A DNA stretch of 64,000 nt from Nageia nagi (taxonomy: Eukaryota; Plantae; Pinophyta): the NCBI GenBank assembly GCA_050084985.1, contig JBITNC010000001.1, positions 205,406,001 through 205,470,000 of the forward strand, given 5' to 3'. Positions 36,280 to 49,475 of this stretch are shown one piece after another (the stretch's first letter is position 1; each line of letters opens with the position of its first letter). The notes beneath the pieces were generated by a model, which ran no database searches, had not been told where the DNA came from, and saw only the letters and a list, made by a program, of their open reading frames with translations. The translations under genes and the position numbers were made by a program.

Positions 36280-37750
36280 TGGTGCGTCTTATGAGTAAGA
36301 ATCAACATCAAAGTCTATTTTTGGCCCATGCATTCAATTTTCAAGTGGTGATACCATGGAGAGACAAAATGTACAAGAGGGTTTCTTTGGAGGAGGTGGT
36401 GGTGTAAGTGGGTGTAGAGAATGTTGTCCAAGTTGTGATGGACAATGCTACAATATGTGTTGTTGCAAAAAGACTACTTGAGGAGAAGTACCCCAATTAA
36501 TTTTGGAGCCCATGTGCAACCCATTACATTGACCTTATGCTAAAGGATACTGGCAAGCTTGCATGGATTAAAAATGTGATTGAAGAAGAAAAAACAATTA
36601 CAAAATTCATCTACAACCACACTTGGGTGCTTTGTTTGATGAGAGAGCACGTGACTGACAAGGAGATTATTTGTCCAGGTATCAATCAATTTGCCTCCAA
36701 TATTATTGCATTAAAAAGCCTTCCAGATGCATATCTTAAGAGGATATTTGTGAGTAGTGATGGATGGGGTCTCCTTTTTTCCACAAGGAGGATGGAGAGA
36801 AGGTCATCAAAATAATGTTTGACGAATTTTTTTTGAAGGGTGTTCATAAGGTTATGTACGTGTTCTTTTATGCTTTTTCAATTTTTAGTTTGTAACTTTG
36901 TATTCCTAAATTTAAATTTGTAAATCTTTTTTTTTTGAGGTGATTGAAACTTTGGTCAAGGTTTTTCACTTTGGAGATGGTGATTTGATGCCAATGTGCT
37001 ATCTCTATGAGGCCATGGATAGGGAAAATAAGGCTATCCAATATCCAACATTTTTAATGCAGAGAGACATGTAAATTGGATCCCATTTGGCATATCATTA
37101 AAAGGAGATGGACCCAACAACTTTATCAACATTTACATGTACCACGGTGCTATATGAACCCCAACTTTTTTTACACTTATGATTTTGAGCCCGATGAGGA
37201 GGTTATGGATGACTTCTATACTTGCATAGACAGGATGATCCCTGAGGATCACACCAAAGACTTAATGCCCTATGAATTGCAAGCCTATAAGAAAGTTGAG
37301 GTTAGGGTCTTTTCTCTAGTTCTTTGCAACACGTTGAGGACAACCTTGTGGCCAAGTAACACATTAAAATTCAATAAAGGTAGGGTCTTTTTAGAATTTG
37401 CATAATTTAGAATCTATATTGAGTTTTTAAAATGTCATTACCCTTTTGCAAATTTATGGTGGGAAGATAATGGTGCTCGATCATGAAATCCTCAAAGGCT
37501 AGCAATGTGGACATCAAGTCATCCTTGAAGCGTTTTTGGGAATAAATGCAATTGGTCATTATTTGAGAGCATTAACACCAAGAAATACAATAGGTTAAAC
37601 CAATGATGCTTCAATGACCTTGTGTTCGTCCAATACAATCTTCACCTTCACCTCAAACAAGTGGAGGGCACAAATTCACGTCATGTCATTGACCTTGATG
37701 GTATGAATCCACTAGCAGATTGGTTTCACTGAGGAGAAACTTGAGCAGTT
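36280..37750 (+). pseudogene. hAT transposase remnant (DUF659 and C-terminal dimerisation region)
   Basis: ENVVQVVMDNA, WSPCATHYIDLMLKD, ITKFIYNHTWVL, IIKRRWTQQL..YMNP, DLVFVQYNLHL. Stops and frameshifts. Confidence 0.85.
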
Positions 37751-38399
37751 TGAAAGGGAAGTAGTAGAAGAACCATCAATCAAGACTTCATTTGAAGGGA
37801 AAGTAAATGAAGAATTGTAAGAGCTCTGCTTTCTGGAATTAAATAGAGGTAAATGTGTGAAGTCTTTTATTGCAAATAATCAGTCAAACCAAGAAGTTAA
37901 TGATGGTATTATACATGCTCTTTACCCTGAAATGAATACGGTCTTGCTGCACTTTAGAAAACAGTTTTTCATATATCCACAGATTATGCTAAATGCAGTC
38001 TGTTTGCATTTGAAGGTAATGTCATCTAGTTCTATTATAGATATAAAGTTGGTTTACAGATTTTTGTTGAAATCTATTCATGGATACAGATAAAGATCGA
38101 AATACACATATGGACACCAATGGTATCTTGAAAGATGTTGTAGTGTCCAATATCAAGTGTATTTTAACAGCACATACTGAGGGTAATTATTTTGGAATAG
38201 ATGGAAGCTATTGCCCAGAGATTACAAGTGATTCAGGTCTTCCTGTCCTTGTGCAACATTTCCTATTCTAATAGGTGCTACAAACCAATTGGATTTAATA
38301 GGATGTTAAAAGACTTATCCATATATCTAATTAAATTCAGTATTAAGAGCTCTAAAGCTTCTAATCTTCTATACTATTGCAATGACAACTGTTTCAGAG

Positions 38400-39081
38400 C
38401 AATTTGTGAAGGATGACAACTATGTTGTGGCTTTATATTGTATAAGAACAGAATACCCATTGAACCTGAGTTCAAAATGAAGGAGAAAACTATGAGGGCT
38501 TTGCATGATGCACCAACAGAGTATTGAGGAGAGTTGGTAATGTAACCTATGAGTTGGAATTGCCAAAAGGGGAGTCAGATTTACAATGTTTCCATTTGTC
38601 TTGCCTTAAAAAGGCACGTGGACAGCATGTTGTGCCATCAATTGATATAACACCCCTTGATGATGAGGGGAACTTGTATTGGTCTCAAATGCCATTTTTG
38701 ATGCATGGGAGACAAGATTGAAGAATAGAACCATTACAAAGTACTAGGTTCATTGGAGGAGCCTACCCACAAAGAATGCTACTAGGGAGGGGCCATAGAT
38801 ATTTGAACATCCAACATTACATTGCTTATGAGCAGAAATACCGGGAAGGGTGGACTTGTACTATCCTCTTTTCACTAAGGTAACACATGTGGGACCCACA
38901 AGCCTATTTCTATACTTCTCAATGGGTGAGGGGTGATTGCTAGAGAAGCAGATATGGTGAGGATTGGTTTCATTTAATTGTCATTGGTATTTTTATGAGT
39001 TTGGAAAATTTCTTATATTTTAGATGCATTTAATAAATTTTAGGAGGTTGATTTGAGGAGGGAACCCTTACCATTAGTCTC
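38400..39081 (+). mobile_element. Gypsy 3' fragment: integrase C-terminus/chromodomain, PPT and start of an LTR, interrupted by element C
   Basis: RVGNVTYELELP..FHLSCLKK..PLDDEG. Purine tract GGGAAGGG at ~38843, then TGTACTATCC at ~38857. Confidence 0.7.
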
Positions 39082-40215
39082 TGTTAGGGTGTTTTTCTTT
39101 CCTACCCTAAAGTAGTGAGAAAAATGCCAATACCTTAGGTGGAGGGACGTGACTCCCTCCCACTATGGTCACTAGTTACCGCAAAGGTTAGCTTCACGCA
39201 TTATGCGAGAATAACCTAGGAGATGGCTGAAATGCTTAGAGCTGCCACCAACATGAATATCATGCGTGGGTTCAAGGGACTGTGAGTTCTGTATTTAGGC
39301 TTCAATGAGGTTGTTTCCGAAAGTACTGAAAAAGGAAATAAGGGATGCGAAAACCACAAAAAAAGGTGTAAAATAAAAGTAAAATAAAAACAAAGAAAAA
39401 TGCTGGAAAGACCGTGGGAAGTCAAATGCAATGTGGGGCATACAAACTCATGGGCTTGAGACAAGTCCTCATAAGTCAACTCACTTAGGCTCATTGCACA
39501 TTCCTCGCACCCACTATCCAATCCACTAGCCAACAACATGAATAGCTTAGTGGACACAGCGTGAAGCTATGGTGAGACAAAATGAAGCAAGGGTAGGACG
39601 TAAAGATCTACGTGGAGTTTCTATGGTGAGCGACATTAGTGAGACATTTCGAAGTGACCAAACCTAAACTACAAATAGTGAAGTACCATTAACAAGACAT
39701 TAACCAATTACTTCGCAAGATATCCAAACAATCTCTTGTCCACTCCAATGAAGTTTACAAGATGCACCAAGTAAATTGAATTAGCTCCAAGCAATGATAG
39801 AACAAACATTGATAACACTATCAACCATTCATTCGTATTCACTATCTCAACATGAGCAAGCATCTAATCATAATAGCATCCACATCCACCACATCTAACA
39901 ATTAAGAGAAATTTTTGGTTTTCAAGCAAAAGTTCTTCCAATTGAGAAGTTGTCAATCCCCTTTTACAAATGAATCAAGATGGAGTATAAGTAGTTTTAG
40001 GAGCAACCAACAATGTTTCCCTAACCCTAATAACGAGTCTCAAGAAAATTAAATGTGGTCCAATAAGCATATGCCACTTGACATTACAAAGTCTTCCAAA
40101 CTCGTGGGAGCAAATCCTCATCCTTCACGAGTTTGGGAATAAAATATTATCAAAAATGTCTAGCTGGAAAATAAAACTTTTATGAAAATAAACTAAAAAT
40201 AATCTGAAATAACAG

Positions 40216-43200
40216 TTAGGCCAATGGTGGACCCAAGCTCACAACTCGATCCTCAAAGTCATCATCTAGGAATCTCGTCGTAAGCTCCAATACGCACATC
40301 ATCTCTACAAACTTCAGCCCGCTCATAGTAACACTGTCATCAACCTCGTCCACCAACTTTTGCATCTCAGCCTTCCACGCATGAGCTTGCAACATGTGTC
40401 TCAAGTGGCTCCCAAACTGGTAAGAGTTCACATCTTCTGTCAAAATCAGGCTATGAAGATGGTATTTGACCTCAACCACTACCTCATTGGCCTCCTATAT
40501 GGTAGTGTCCTCCTCCAAGAACCGCACATGAAAGTCCATCTGCTCAATGCATGAATGTACCCTATCGTTGACTGTGGCCACCTCATTCTTCATCTCTTGG
40601 AAGCGGGTGAGCACCTGATTATTCACGCCCTAATAGAACCAAAAATCCTCACAAAACCTGACATGCTCCGGTCTCCAAGATTGCATTGCTTCAAATCTCA
40701 GTATCATGGGTCTTTGGGAATCTAAAATCCTGTGGAGTCTGACCCTCTAGGTCACGATGTGCTTTAACTTCTCCTTGAGCAAGACTTTATGAAGAGCCTC
40801 AACGAACCGCCTCAACACTACCAAGACCTCTTCAATCACCTCATGCTTCACTGTCATCATGCCTTCCTTGAGGGGTTTCACTTTTCGAAGCTCCTCTGTA
40901 GGTACCTTGGTTGACTCAAGCTCATGGGTCAGTTTCCTCTAGGCAGCTAACTCTTTCTTCAACTTATTTATCTCCTTTTCCTTCAACAGCCCGTCCTCGA
41001 AAATTGCCTGTGTTTGAGATGATTGCATGTTTCCTGCTAGTCACGCCAATGGGACCAGTGTTGATGATCTAATTTATCTGCTTCAAGTCCTTGAGGCACT
41101 GAGGGTTATCTTTTTCAGCCGCTATAGTCTTAATGCATACCGCATTATCCGTCATGTGTACATAAGTCTGACTCCTCCCCAAACAAGTAGAACTCTCTCC
41201 AATCTGATCATTAGCTCCCTGGCTCTGAACTTCTCCCCAACATCCATGTTAAAGACATCAAGGCACTCATCCATATCTACGCCCCACTCATGATTAGGTG
41301 AAGGCTGATGGATCTCAACAACTGCTTCGGTAACAATGATGGCATTTTCCTTGACTCTCTTCGAAGGCCTTTCTTCTTGTCCTGCAACTTCCCCGGGTGT
41401 CACTGATAATCTAGACTAAGATCCCCTCTTCAATTGAACTCTCTTGGGTACTGACTCAGGGGTTGGATCTTTGTTTTTTCCTTTGAGATGTTGAAGGCTT
41501 CAAGGCAGCTTGGTTATGAACCTCCCTCAATATCTCTAAGGGTGGATCTTCTTCACCCTATGCATCTTGAATATCTCTTCTCGGAATGGTACTCGCTACA
41601 TGCTCATTCTTTGGTTTTCATTGGACTCATCCTCGAGTATGCTCTCATATTCCCCTTCGCCAAGTATGCATTATCGTCACCTTCTTGTCCTTTTGCTTGT
41701 TCTCTCTCAAGGGTATTGTCAAGCTCGTACAAATGACCCGAAGACTCCAATCCTAATGGTGTGATGGTCTGGGATGGACGTGACATACTTCTCTTGGCGG
41801 CCTCTAGGATGGTGATGGATCTACTTCTCTATTCCTTACACATCTTACCACTTTGTCAGTGGCCACAGGCTCTAACTCCCTCACATCATGCTCATCAACT
41901 ATCTCCCTAACCTGCTGTACTTCCTGCTCTATCGGGTTCTTCCCGTGCAAGGATGCATACTACCTAACAGGCTCCTCAATTGCCAGTGGAAACTGAGTGA
42001 CTCTGGATGTGGATTCATGTGGCTTCTTTCCTCGAGGCCGAGACAACCTCTTATCAATAAACACTTCCACTTCCCGTTCTTGCTTCACTTCCACCCCACT
42101 ACTGGTGTTCCAAAACAGCTCCTCGTCTCTAAGTGGCCTATGCTCGTAGGTCCTCTTCCTCTCCTTCATATAGAAGTTGTGGATTCAATGCTCAACATCA
42201 TAATGGCTGGTGGCTGCCATCTTATTGAAGTTGTATTGTCCCAACTCCTCTATCATGGAATTCACGTCCGCCCATGCTTTGCACTGGTACTCTCCCACTA
42301 TGATAGGCAAATTGGAAATGGTTGACTTCTTTTGCCAAACATGCTCATGTAGGTAGGTCAACTACCTCATCATCTCCATTAGGAGCATCTTGTTGCTCAC
42401 ATACCGGGGCAGTTGATATGGTTCTACGATTGATTCATAGAGTCAAATATAGGAGTAATGTTGGTGATGGATGAAGAAGTCTCCATGCGTCCTCAAAGCA
42501 TTCTAGGCTGAGTTGGAGATCCTAGCAACAGTGATTTCTCCCTTGAGCTCCTTATAGATCTCATACTCCCATCCATCACTCTTCATCGTGAAGTTCTTCC
42601 ATCTCCTCTCGATCTTCCACTTAAGGTAGCATTTCCATATTGCATATGTTCCTTTCAGAATCAAGTTTGTCTCCCCTAAAGCCATATGCCTATGTTTGCC
42701 ATGCAATAGCAGGTATACCAAATAAGAATTGAGGTAGAATTTGTGTGTGGTCGCCAACGATGACAGGTGGTCCATGATGCTATCATTCAACAGCTTACTC
42801 CACTTGATCTTCTTCCCTCTACCGATCTCCACGATGAAGCCAAAGAACTTCCAGAATTTGTACACATCTTCCTTCCCGAGAACTCTTGACAACATGAGGA
42901 TCATTAACTCCACAGAAGGGTAGAAGTGAGAGCGAGGGGCATTGATGAGTGTGTTTCCCTTCAAGTTGTGGTGTTCCTCCAACATCCAATTCTTAATCGT
43001 TGCAGCTGCCCTATTGGTGTCTAGATAACATGTCAATGACTCCACCTCAGTATATTCAAAGCTGCCCTCTGAAGTCCATTGAAATGTTGTCTTGATGGCT
43101 TCCGAGCTAAAGTTCATGATGACATTGCCCTTGATGTCACGAAGCACTCTCTCACCCTTCTTCCAATGTTGGCCGGCCTCAAAGCACAACTCTAGGTACG

Positions 43201-43480
43201 AAGTTGTGAATGGGATAAAGGTGCAGTTTGAAAGCTCGAAGAAGAACACGATGTCTTGTTTCAACTCACTGATCGACCTGTTCCTGATCTTCTCCCTCAT
43301 CTGAATGGGATTCACCTTCTGCCAATCTATGTCTTCGATAGTGGCCATTCCATTCTTGGAGAACCTAGCCCCCTGGGGCAAGGGGTCTTGTCGCTCACAT
43401 ATGGTGATGATACAATCTTGTCTAATGGTCTCCAGATCACATGCATAGTCCTTGGCCGATTTGCTCTTGGAAGTGGTCAT
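40216..43480 (-). pseudogene. Decayed extra-ORF gene of element C; best-preserved N-terminal domain (ORF 42503-43780)
   Basis: FIPFTTSYLELC...VLRDIKGNVIMNFSSEAI, LMILMLSRVLGKED, KWSKLLNDSIMDHL..FYLNSYLVYLLLH. Downstream pieces are frameshifted. Confidence 0.8.
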
Positions 43481-43839
43481 GATGTCTCGGCAAGTGGTGA
43501 AGGCCTTCCAAGATGATGCATTGGTGTTCTTGCAAAGCAATGACTCCCACGTTGCTCTCCTTGATCCCTTGCACAAGCCTCTCCAAGCAATGATGCGAAT
43601 TCCAAGTTCAAAAATCTGCAATTTCCTACAATTCTTGCACAAAAGTGGAAGAGGAATGCGATTTGAATTTAGGAAAATGAGGTCTCCAAGCTGGTATTTA
43701 TAGCTGAGACTAGCTTCTAGCAAACAAGGAAAATACATCCCAACCGTCCAGATGGTTGATCTCGAGATGTGTGCCTTCATGAATTTTAGTGCCTAACTAG
43801 CTAGGACCAGACGTGGGGGTTTTGGAGCTCCTTCAGGCT

Positions 43840-44810
43840 TGGCTCATGCCTAGAAAAGACAAGATTTTGTCTTTCTGGAGCATGCGCCAGCCTTGGGGTT
43901 GAGTACACTCCCCACGTTGATCTTCCTTGCTCTTTTGCTTGTTCGACTTGACCTTGGAGCCCGTCCTGAGACCTGATCTTGCCTAATTCTTGCTCTCCTT
44001 GGGTCTAGCTTGCTCATTTTTCCCAACAGTCCAACCAAGAGGCCCCTCCAAGTTTGGCGCATGATTTTAAAAGACAAGATCTTATCTTTTTGAAATGCAC
44101 TCCAATCTCTCTGTCTCTTCCAGTCTGGGCAGATGGTCCAGAAAATCAGGGTTGTCTTCCTGAGGCATGCGATGGGTTGCAAGTGACCAGATTTGCTCCA
44201 TTTTGGTCTTCTGCTCCGAGACTTAGTCATATTTTCAAGTTCATTCCGTCCTGGTGTCTTCCCAGCCTTGGTGCATGCTCCCAAAAGTCAAGAATTTGTC
44301 TTTTTGAGGCATGCGCCAGCCCCTCTAGTCATGTTGGAGCAGGATCTAGGCTTCTAGACTCCATGCCTTAGCCAATTTTCACATTTTGACTCAACCAGAT
44401 GCCTTCCTAGGCTTGGCACATGCTCCCAAATGACAAGATTTTGTCTTTTTGAGGCATGCGCCAACCTCTTGGATGGGTGCACTTTGATCTTCTAGGTCTC
44501 AAGTCCATCCTGGTGGCCTCCTGGCTTGGGTGCATGCTCCAAAAAGACAATTTTATCTTTTTGAGGCATGCGCTAGCCTTGAAATGCACTAAGTTACTTT
44601 TTTTTTTGCCTTCATTCTGACTTGGATGTCTTCTTGAGCCTGGTGCATGCCCCAAAAAGACAAGATTTTGTCTTTTTATGGCATGAGTCGAGTCCAAGAG
44701 TAACCCAATTCATCATTCCAGACTTGATCTTGAAATTGGTCATCTTCTTGGCCCGAGCGCATGTCCCAAAAAGAAAAAGGTTGGCTTCTTGGAGCATGCG
44801 CCAAGCTTGG
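43840..44810. repeat. Array of about 8 ~48-bp palindromes in element C
   Basis: Example at 44413-44464: TTGGCACATGCTCCCAAATGACAAGATTTTGTCTTTTTGAGGCATGCGCCAA. Confidence 0.85.
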
Positions 44811-46117
44811 GAGTGGCCCAGATTCGACTTGCTTGGTTTCAACTCAACTTGAGTTTTCCAGTTGCACCTGAACTCAACTTAAATTCCCCAAACTTAGCCA
44901 TTTTTTGAGGGTTTTAGTTTTCAACATGACACAACCAAGACTAGGTGGATGAATACACTTAGGTGCTAGGGTGATAGGAGTGATTTTGAGTCAATTAGAG
45001 ATGAGGGGAGGCTATACTGACTAGGTGCTAGACGAGTGTAAGTTGCGGAGGGTCCCTAGAATTGCGAAATTTTGGGGTGAGTTGTGTAGGGCACAATAGT
45101 CTCCACATGGGGGATTTACCCTAAGGGGACTTTTTTTACTATTTCCATTGCTCATGCCCTTGGAGATATTTTAAGTGTAGAAATTAATTATAAGTGACAT
45201 GGGGAAAACTTGTTTCTATTTCTTAAGGGCTTTTGGAGGACTTCCAAAGACAAGATCATGTCCTAAAGCCTATCATTGGATTTGCATTTGGGTGTTAGTT
45301 ACCTGTTCATAATGCTTTACATCAGGCCTTTTTGATGAGTGGTTCTCCAACTATGACTAATTTACTGATGAGGGATAAGGGTTTATTGGGTACTAGGGCA
45401 ATTTAATAATATTACACTAGTGCCATGTTATAAGGTACTTGATTATTAACATTAAAATTAACATGGTCTAAGTGGTATCAGTGTCACATCAAGTAAAAAA
45501 AAGTGTTTGTTTATTTCTATTGACATTTAAATTAGGCATCTAGGGTTTGAAGCATGTCAATTAATAAATAGAAGCCCTCCAACATTTAACAGATTCATTC
45601 TATGCTTATATCGCATTTTCAGACCTAAAGAGGGCAGGTAAACCATGCAACACTCATTTATCAATTCTGTCTGGTTTCTTGTGGGCAATCTCATCCAGGG
45701 ATTGCCTTGAGCTGAAAACATTCTCCTTCCTATAGATAGACTGATTTCAGGGGTGGCTGGAGCAGCATTATACAACAGCTTCAGTTCTCATTTAGGAAAT
45801 ATCTTCTATCAAGTGCTTTACTTCTAGTTAGTTTCATATAATTACTCTATTGATGTATTCCAGCATATTTTATCAATAAAATACAGCTCCGTAGATATTG
45901 TTCAATTTATTTTGTTACTTATCAACGAAAGCCACAACACAAATTTCAAAAATTCAAACCTGTTGAAATTTCATCAGGAATGAAATTGTGTTAACAATAC
46001 TATTAGAGGATGCATGCAACAGTTTGATGAAAGTCATCAACTAAAACAGCAACCAACCATGATTGAGGCCCTTAATGCTGCAACAACAGCCAATGGAAGT
46101 GCGTACAAGATGGGAGG

Positions 46118-48528
46118 TGTTGTGCTCAAACAAAACACATCCCAAAATTGCCAATTTTGAGGACTCAACTTTTTGCTAAAGTCATAGCCACTAGCGTCAA
46201 AGCCTCATTCATCTTACTGCAACCACTCGTTACCCTATCATGACCCACATAGTTATAGTGAGCTCAAAAGTAAAGATGCCAAAATTTGACCAAGTTTGGT
46301 ATATAGGAGAGAGTCTATGGGTAGCCCAAGTTTAGAGAGATGGTGAGTCTGAGCCCGAAACTGACAATATTTGGCTCAATACATGACTTTATCACAAGTG
46401 CTCCAAGTGTAAACACCCAGCTTGTGGCGACTTCGAGACCATGAAAAGATGAAAATGACTAAGTGTTGGCCTTAGGAGATGTCAAAATTAACTTGAAGAA
46501 AGACAAGGAGGCCAATGCATGACAGAAAAGTCATAATCATGAATTTTGAAAGCATGTGCCTAGTTAGGAAAAGTCTCAACACAAAGTGAATAGGATCGAA
46601 GACTCAAAATGGAAAAAATGAGAGCTCAAAGCTTGAGTGCATGATTTCAAAATTCATGATTATGACTTTTTGAAGCATGCGCCTAGGATTGGGGAGCTTG
46701 AAGACCAAGTTCAAGGAAAAAGAGGGCAAGGTGGAGCACACAAGAGGCTTGCGGTGGTTCATAAGTTGTGGGGTGCTCTGAAGATAGAAAATTAGCTAAG
46801 GAAACAAAAAGAGACATCAAATCAAGCTTAAGTCCACCCAGGGAGCCTAGTGCATGACTTCAAAAGTCATAATTATGACTTTGAAAGCTCGGGTCCAGGT
46901 CTTGTGCCAATCTAGAAGAGAGATCTAGTTCATTTCAAAGAGGGGAATTTGGCTAAGGTAGGAGCTTTGGAGAGTGAAATCGGGAAAAAGGAGGCAAAAG
47001 AGGCCAGGCGCATGGATATAAAATTCATAATTATGACTTTGGAAAGCATGCACTCAAGGAAGAAGGCCAGCCAAGTCAAGCGCATGGGGGATAAAGACAA
47101 AATGATGACTTTTGGTGGCTTGCACTGGGCTTGAGGGAACTTCTAGGAGTGTTTGTGATCAAATTTCAATAAGTGTGGACCCAGGAAGGGTTAAAATCAA
47201 GTTGAAAGCGAGCCAAAAACCAGGCGCAAGGATGAAGAAGGCAAGTTGATGACTCAAGAAGGCTTTGCCCAAGTTCCATGAGGCCTCCAGGTCAAGCGCA
47301 TGGTTTGAAAAGACAAAATCATGACTTCCAAAAGCATGTGCCTAGCCTCGAGACACACCTAGATACAACGCATGATTTCAAAAGACAAAAACTTGACTCC
47401 TGGAGGCATGCGCTCATCCATGAGAACCATCCACCTCCAACACTGGGCCCTAGAATGCAAAATTTTGAAATTTAGGACCAATGCACATCCCTAGGTTGGC
47501 TAGATCAAAGGGATAAGATGAATTTGTCACATTCTCAGCCAATCCTAGCCGACCAAGAGCAAAAAAAACCCTAATTTTATTTATAAGAGGGGTATTTCAC
47601 CTTCATTTGCAAATCATGAATTTGTTTTCTCTGTCTTTAAATCCGCTAAGGCATCAAAGGTCAGAATGGCAGGAGCAAGCTCTGAGATGAAAGGGAGGGT
47701 GTTCAGTTGCTCAAGAGGAGTTGTTATGAAACTTGCTAAAACTTTAATACTCTCTTGTATGTGAATGTGATGTATGACTTAAACAAATCAAGGCTTGTCT
47801 CCACTTGATGGGATTGTGAATTTGATCACTTATGCTTGGTGTTTGCTTGTAGTTGTTAAATGACTTGTGTACATTTCTCGCAAGTGTAGGCTTGTTAGAA
47901 AGATGATTGAATATCTTATGAAGTGTTGTAATTGCTATATAATGAACATTACTCACTTTTTCGCATGAAGATGAATGAATGTTGGTGAAATTTTTGCTAT
48001 GTTGTTTGGTTTGATGTGCCACTCATTGTTGTTGTTCCTTCACAACACTACTATAGGCTCCTACTTGTTTGCAATTTGGACTTAGTCATTTGTAACAAGG
48101 TGGGTTAAGTGAGTGTTGCACTTCATAATAAACTTAGTAAGGAGGTGATTCAATCTCTGGTTCATCGGTGGACTTGTCATTGAATGTACCCTTCTCGTGT
48201 GCTATCATCCCCATTTTACACTTTTCTTTGCTTTTCCTTTGTTGTTTTTACTTTCTTTACCATCAAAAGTCTATACTCTCAATAGGTGTAAGATAACTCC
48301 AATGCCCACAACAAACGTGGTTAATAGGCATTACCTCTACCTTCCCATTGAGTATTCCAAGTATAGCTACTATCATAGTCGCACAAGACCTCTCATGATC
48401 CTAGAAACCTTGGGGTAACCAGTCCTTTCAAATGCGGGTTAGTAACGCAACCTCACGCACATGTTGGATGTCCTTTCCCAGTTATCACCTTAGTGATCTT
48501 CGTAAGTAGAAAGAAAAACACCCCAACA
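46118..48528 (+). mobile_element. Element D: 2.4-kb ORF-less deletion derivative of the same family
   Basis: 5' TGTTGTGCTCAAACAAAACACATCCCAAAA, palindrome array 46517-47413, AGTCCTTTCA plus stem-loop at 48421-48453, 3' AGAAAGAAAAACACCCCAACA. TSD not clean (GGAGG vs TGGAG). Confidence 0.75.
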
Positions 48529-48867
48529 TGGAGCACAACCAATAAGGAATACTCCTTTACTTACCTTGAGTATTTTCACTAGACAAGCGAAGAAATGCAT
48601 TTCAAAATTGTAAATACCAATGATATTACAATTTGGGATCAGCATGCAACCAAAAACATTTCTTTGGGCATTTATTTATACCAAACAGTTGTTGCGCAAC
48701 AATTTTAGCAGCAAGCACATGCAAAAAATTTGGTCAATTTTGAGCACTGACACTCGGAGTCAGAATTTTCAGATTTAAGGTCTTGAGGGTGTTGTGAAGA
48801 GTTGATTCTGATTTCATTGCAATGGGTGCACAAAGTATTCATAAGACACGGCTGACTATTCATGTTT

Positions 48868-49090
48868 AATAATAAAATCCAGATCTTTCATGGTGAGAAA
48901 GAACTTTCATTGGGTTCTCCAAGAAGAGAAGCAGAGAACTAGAAGTCGATGCATGGTTGTGCACAGCATTTAGAAGACATGGAAGACTCTTCAAGTTCAA
49001 TAATAAAGTGCAGACCTTACATGGTGAGAGAGAATTTTCATTGGGTTCTCCAAAAAGAGAACCAAAGAAGGACTAGTAGCCAATGCATCT
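48868..49090. repeat. Diverged tandem duplication, period ~130 bp
   Basis: aataataaa...catggtgaga.agaa.tttcattgggttctccaa occurs at ~48868 and ~48999. Confidence 0.7.
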
Positions 49091-49475
49091 TGAGTTACTA
49101 GACGACATGGTTTGGTATCTTCCACGGAAGGGTACATGTACCCTAGGAGAAAAAAAAAATTAATTGCAATGATGATCCCTTGGTTGTAAATTCATTGTAC
49201 ATAGGAGCGCAATGTGTGCTATCCATGACTGTGTTTGGAAAGAACAAGTTGTTCCCTAGGTTGCACTTACCTTAGATATGCATTCAGGTGTTCCATTTTT
49301 TCTATAACAGCGCTCTTTGAGCCATTTGTTTTCAGGTCTGAAAACCGGTCTTGTAATAGAGCTATGGTAAAAAGTGTTTTTCACATAATGAAAGGAACAT
49401 GATACAGAACACCTCTAAACTGAACACAGCAAACATGAACAAAATAATTTGCAGGTAATTTACAAAGAATCAGAC

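Larger units (their letters stand above)
39082..45098 (-). mobile_element. Element C: TGTTG...CAACA-type single-ORF unit (6.0 kb)
   Basis: Minus-strand 5' end TATTGTGCCCTACACAAC and 3' end GGAAAGAAAAACACCCTAACA. Perfect TSD GTCTC (39077-39081 and 45099-45103). Confidence 0.87.

Noticed and set aside
43840-44810. CRISPR-like array of palindromic repeats
   Set aside because: Eukaryotic TE context, degenerate repeats, irregular spacer lengths and no cas genes.
45557-45800. Further AAF exon
   Set aside because: No AAF similarity in any frame, and the nearest acceptor leads to stops.
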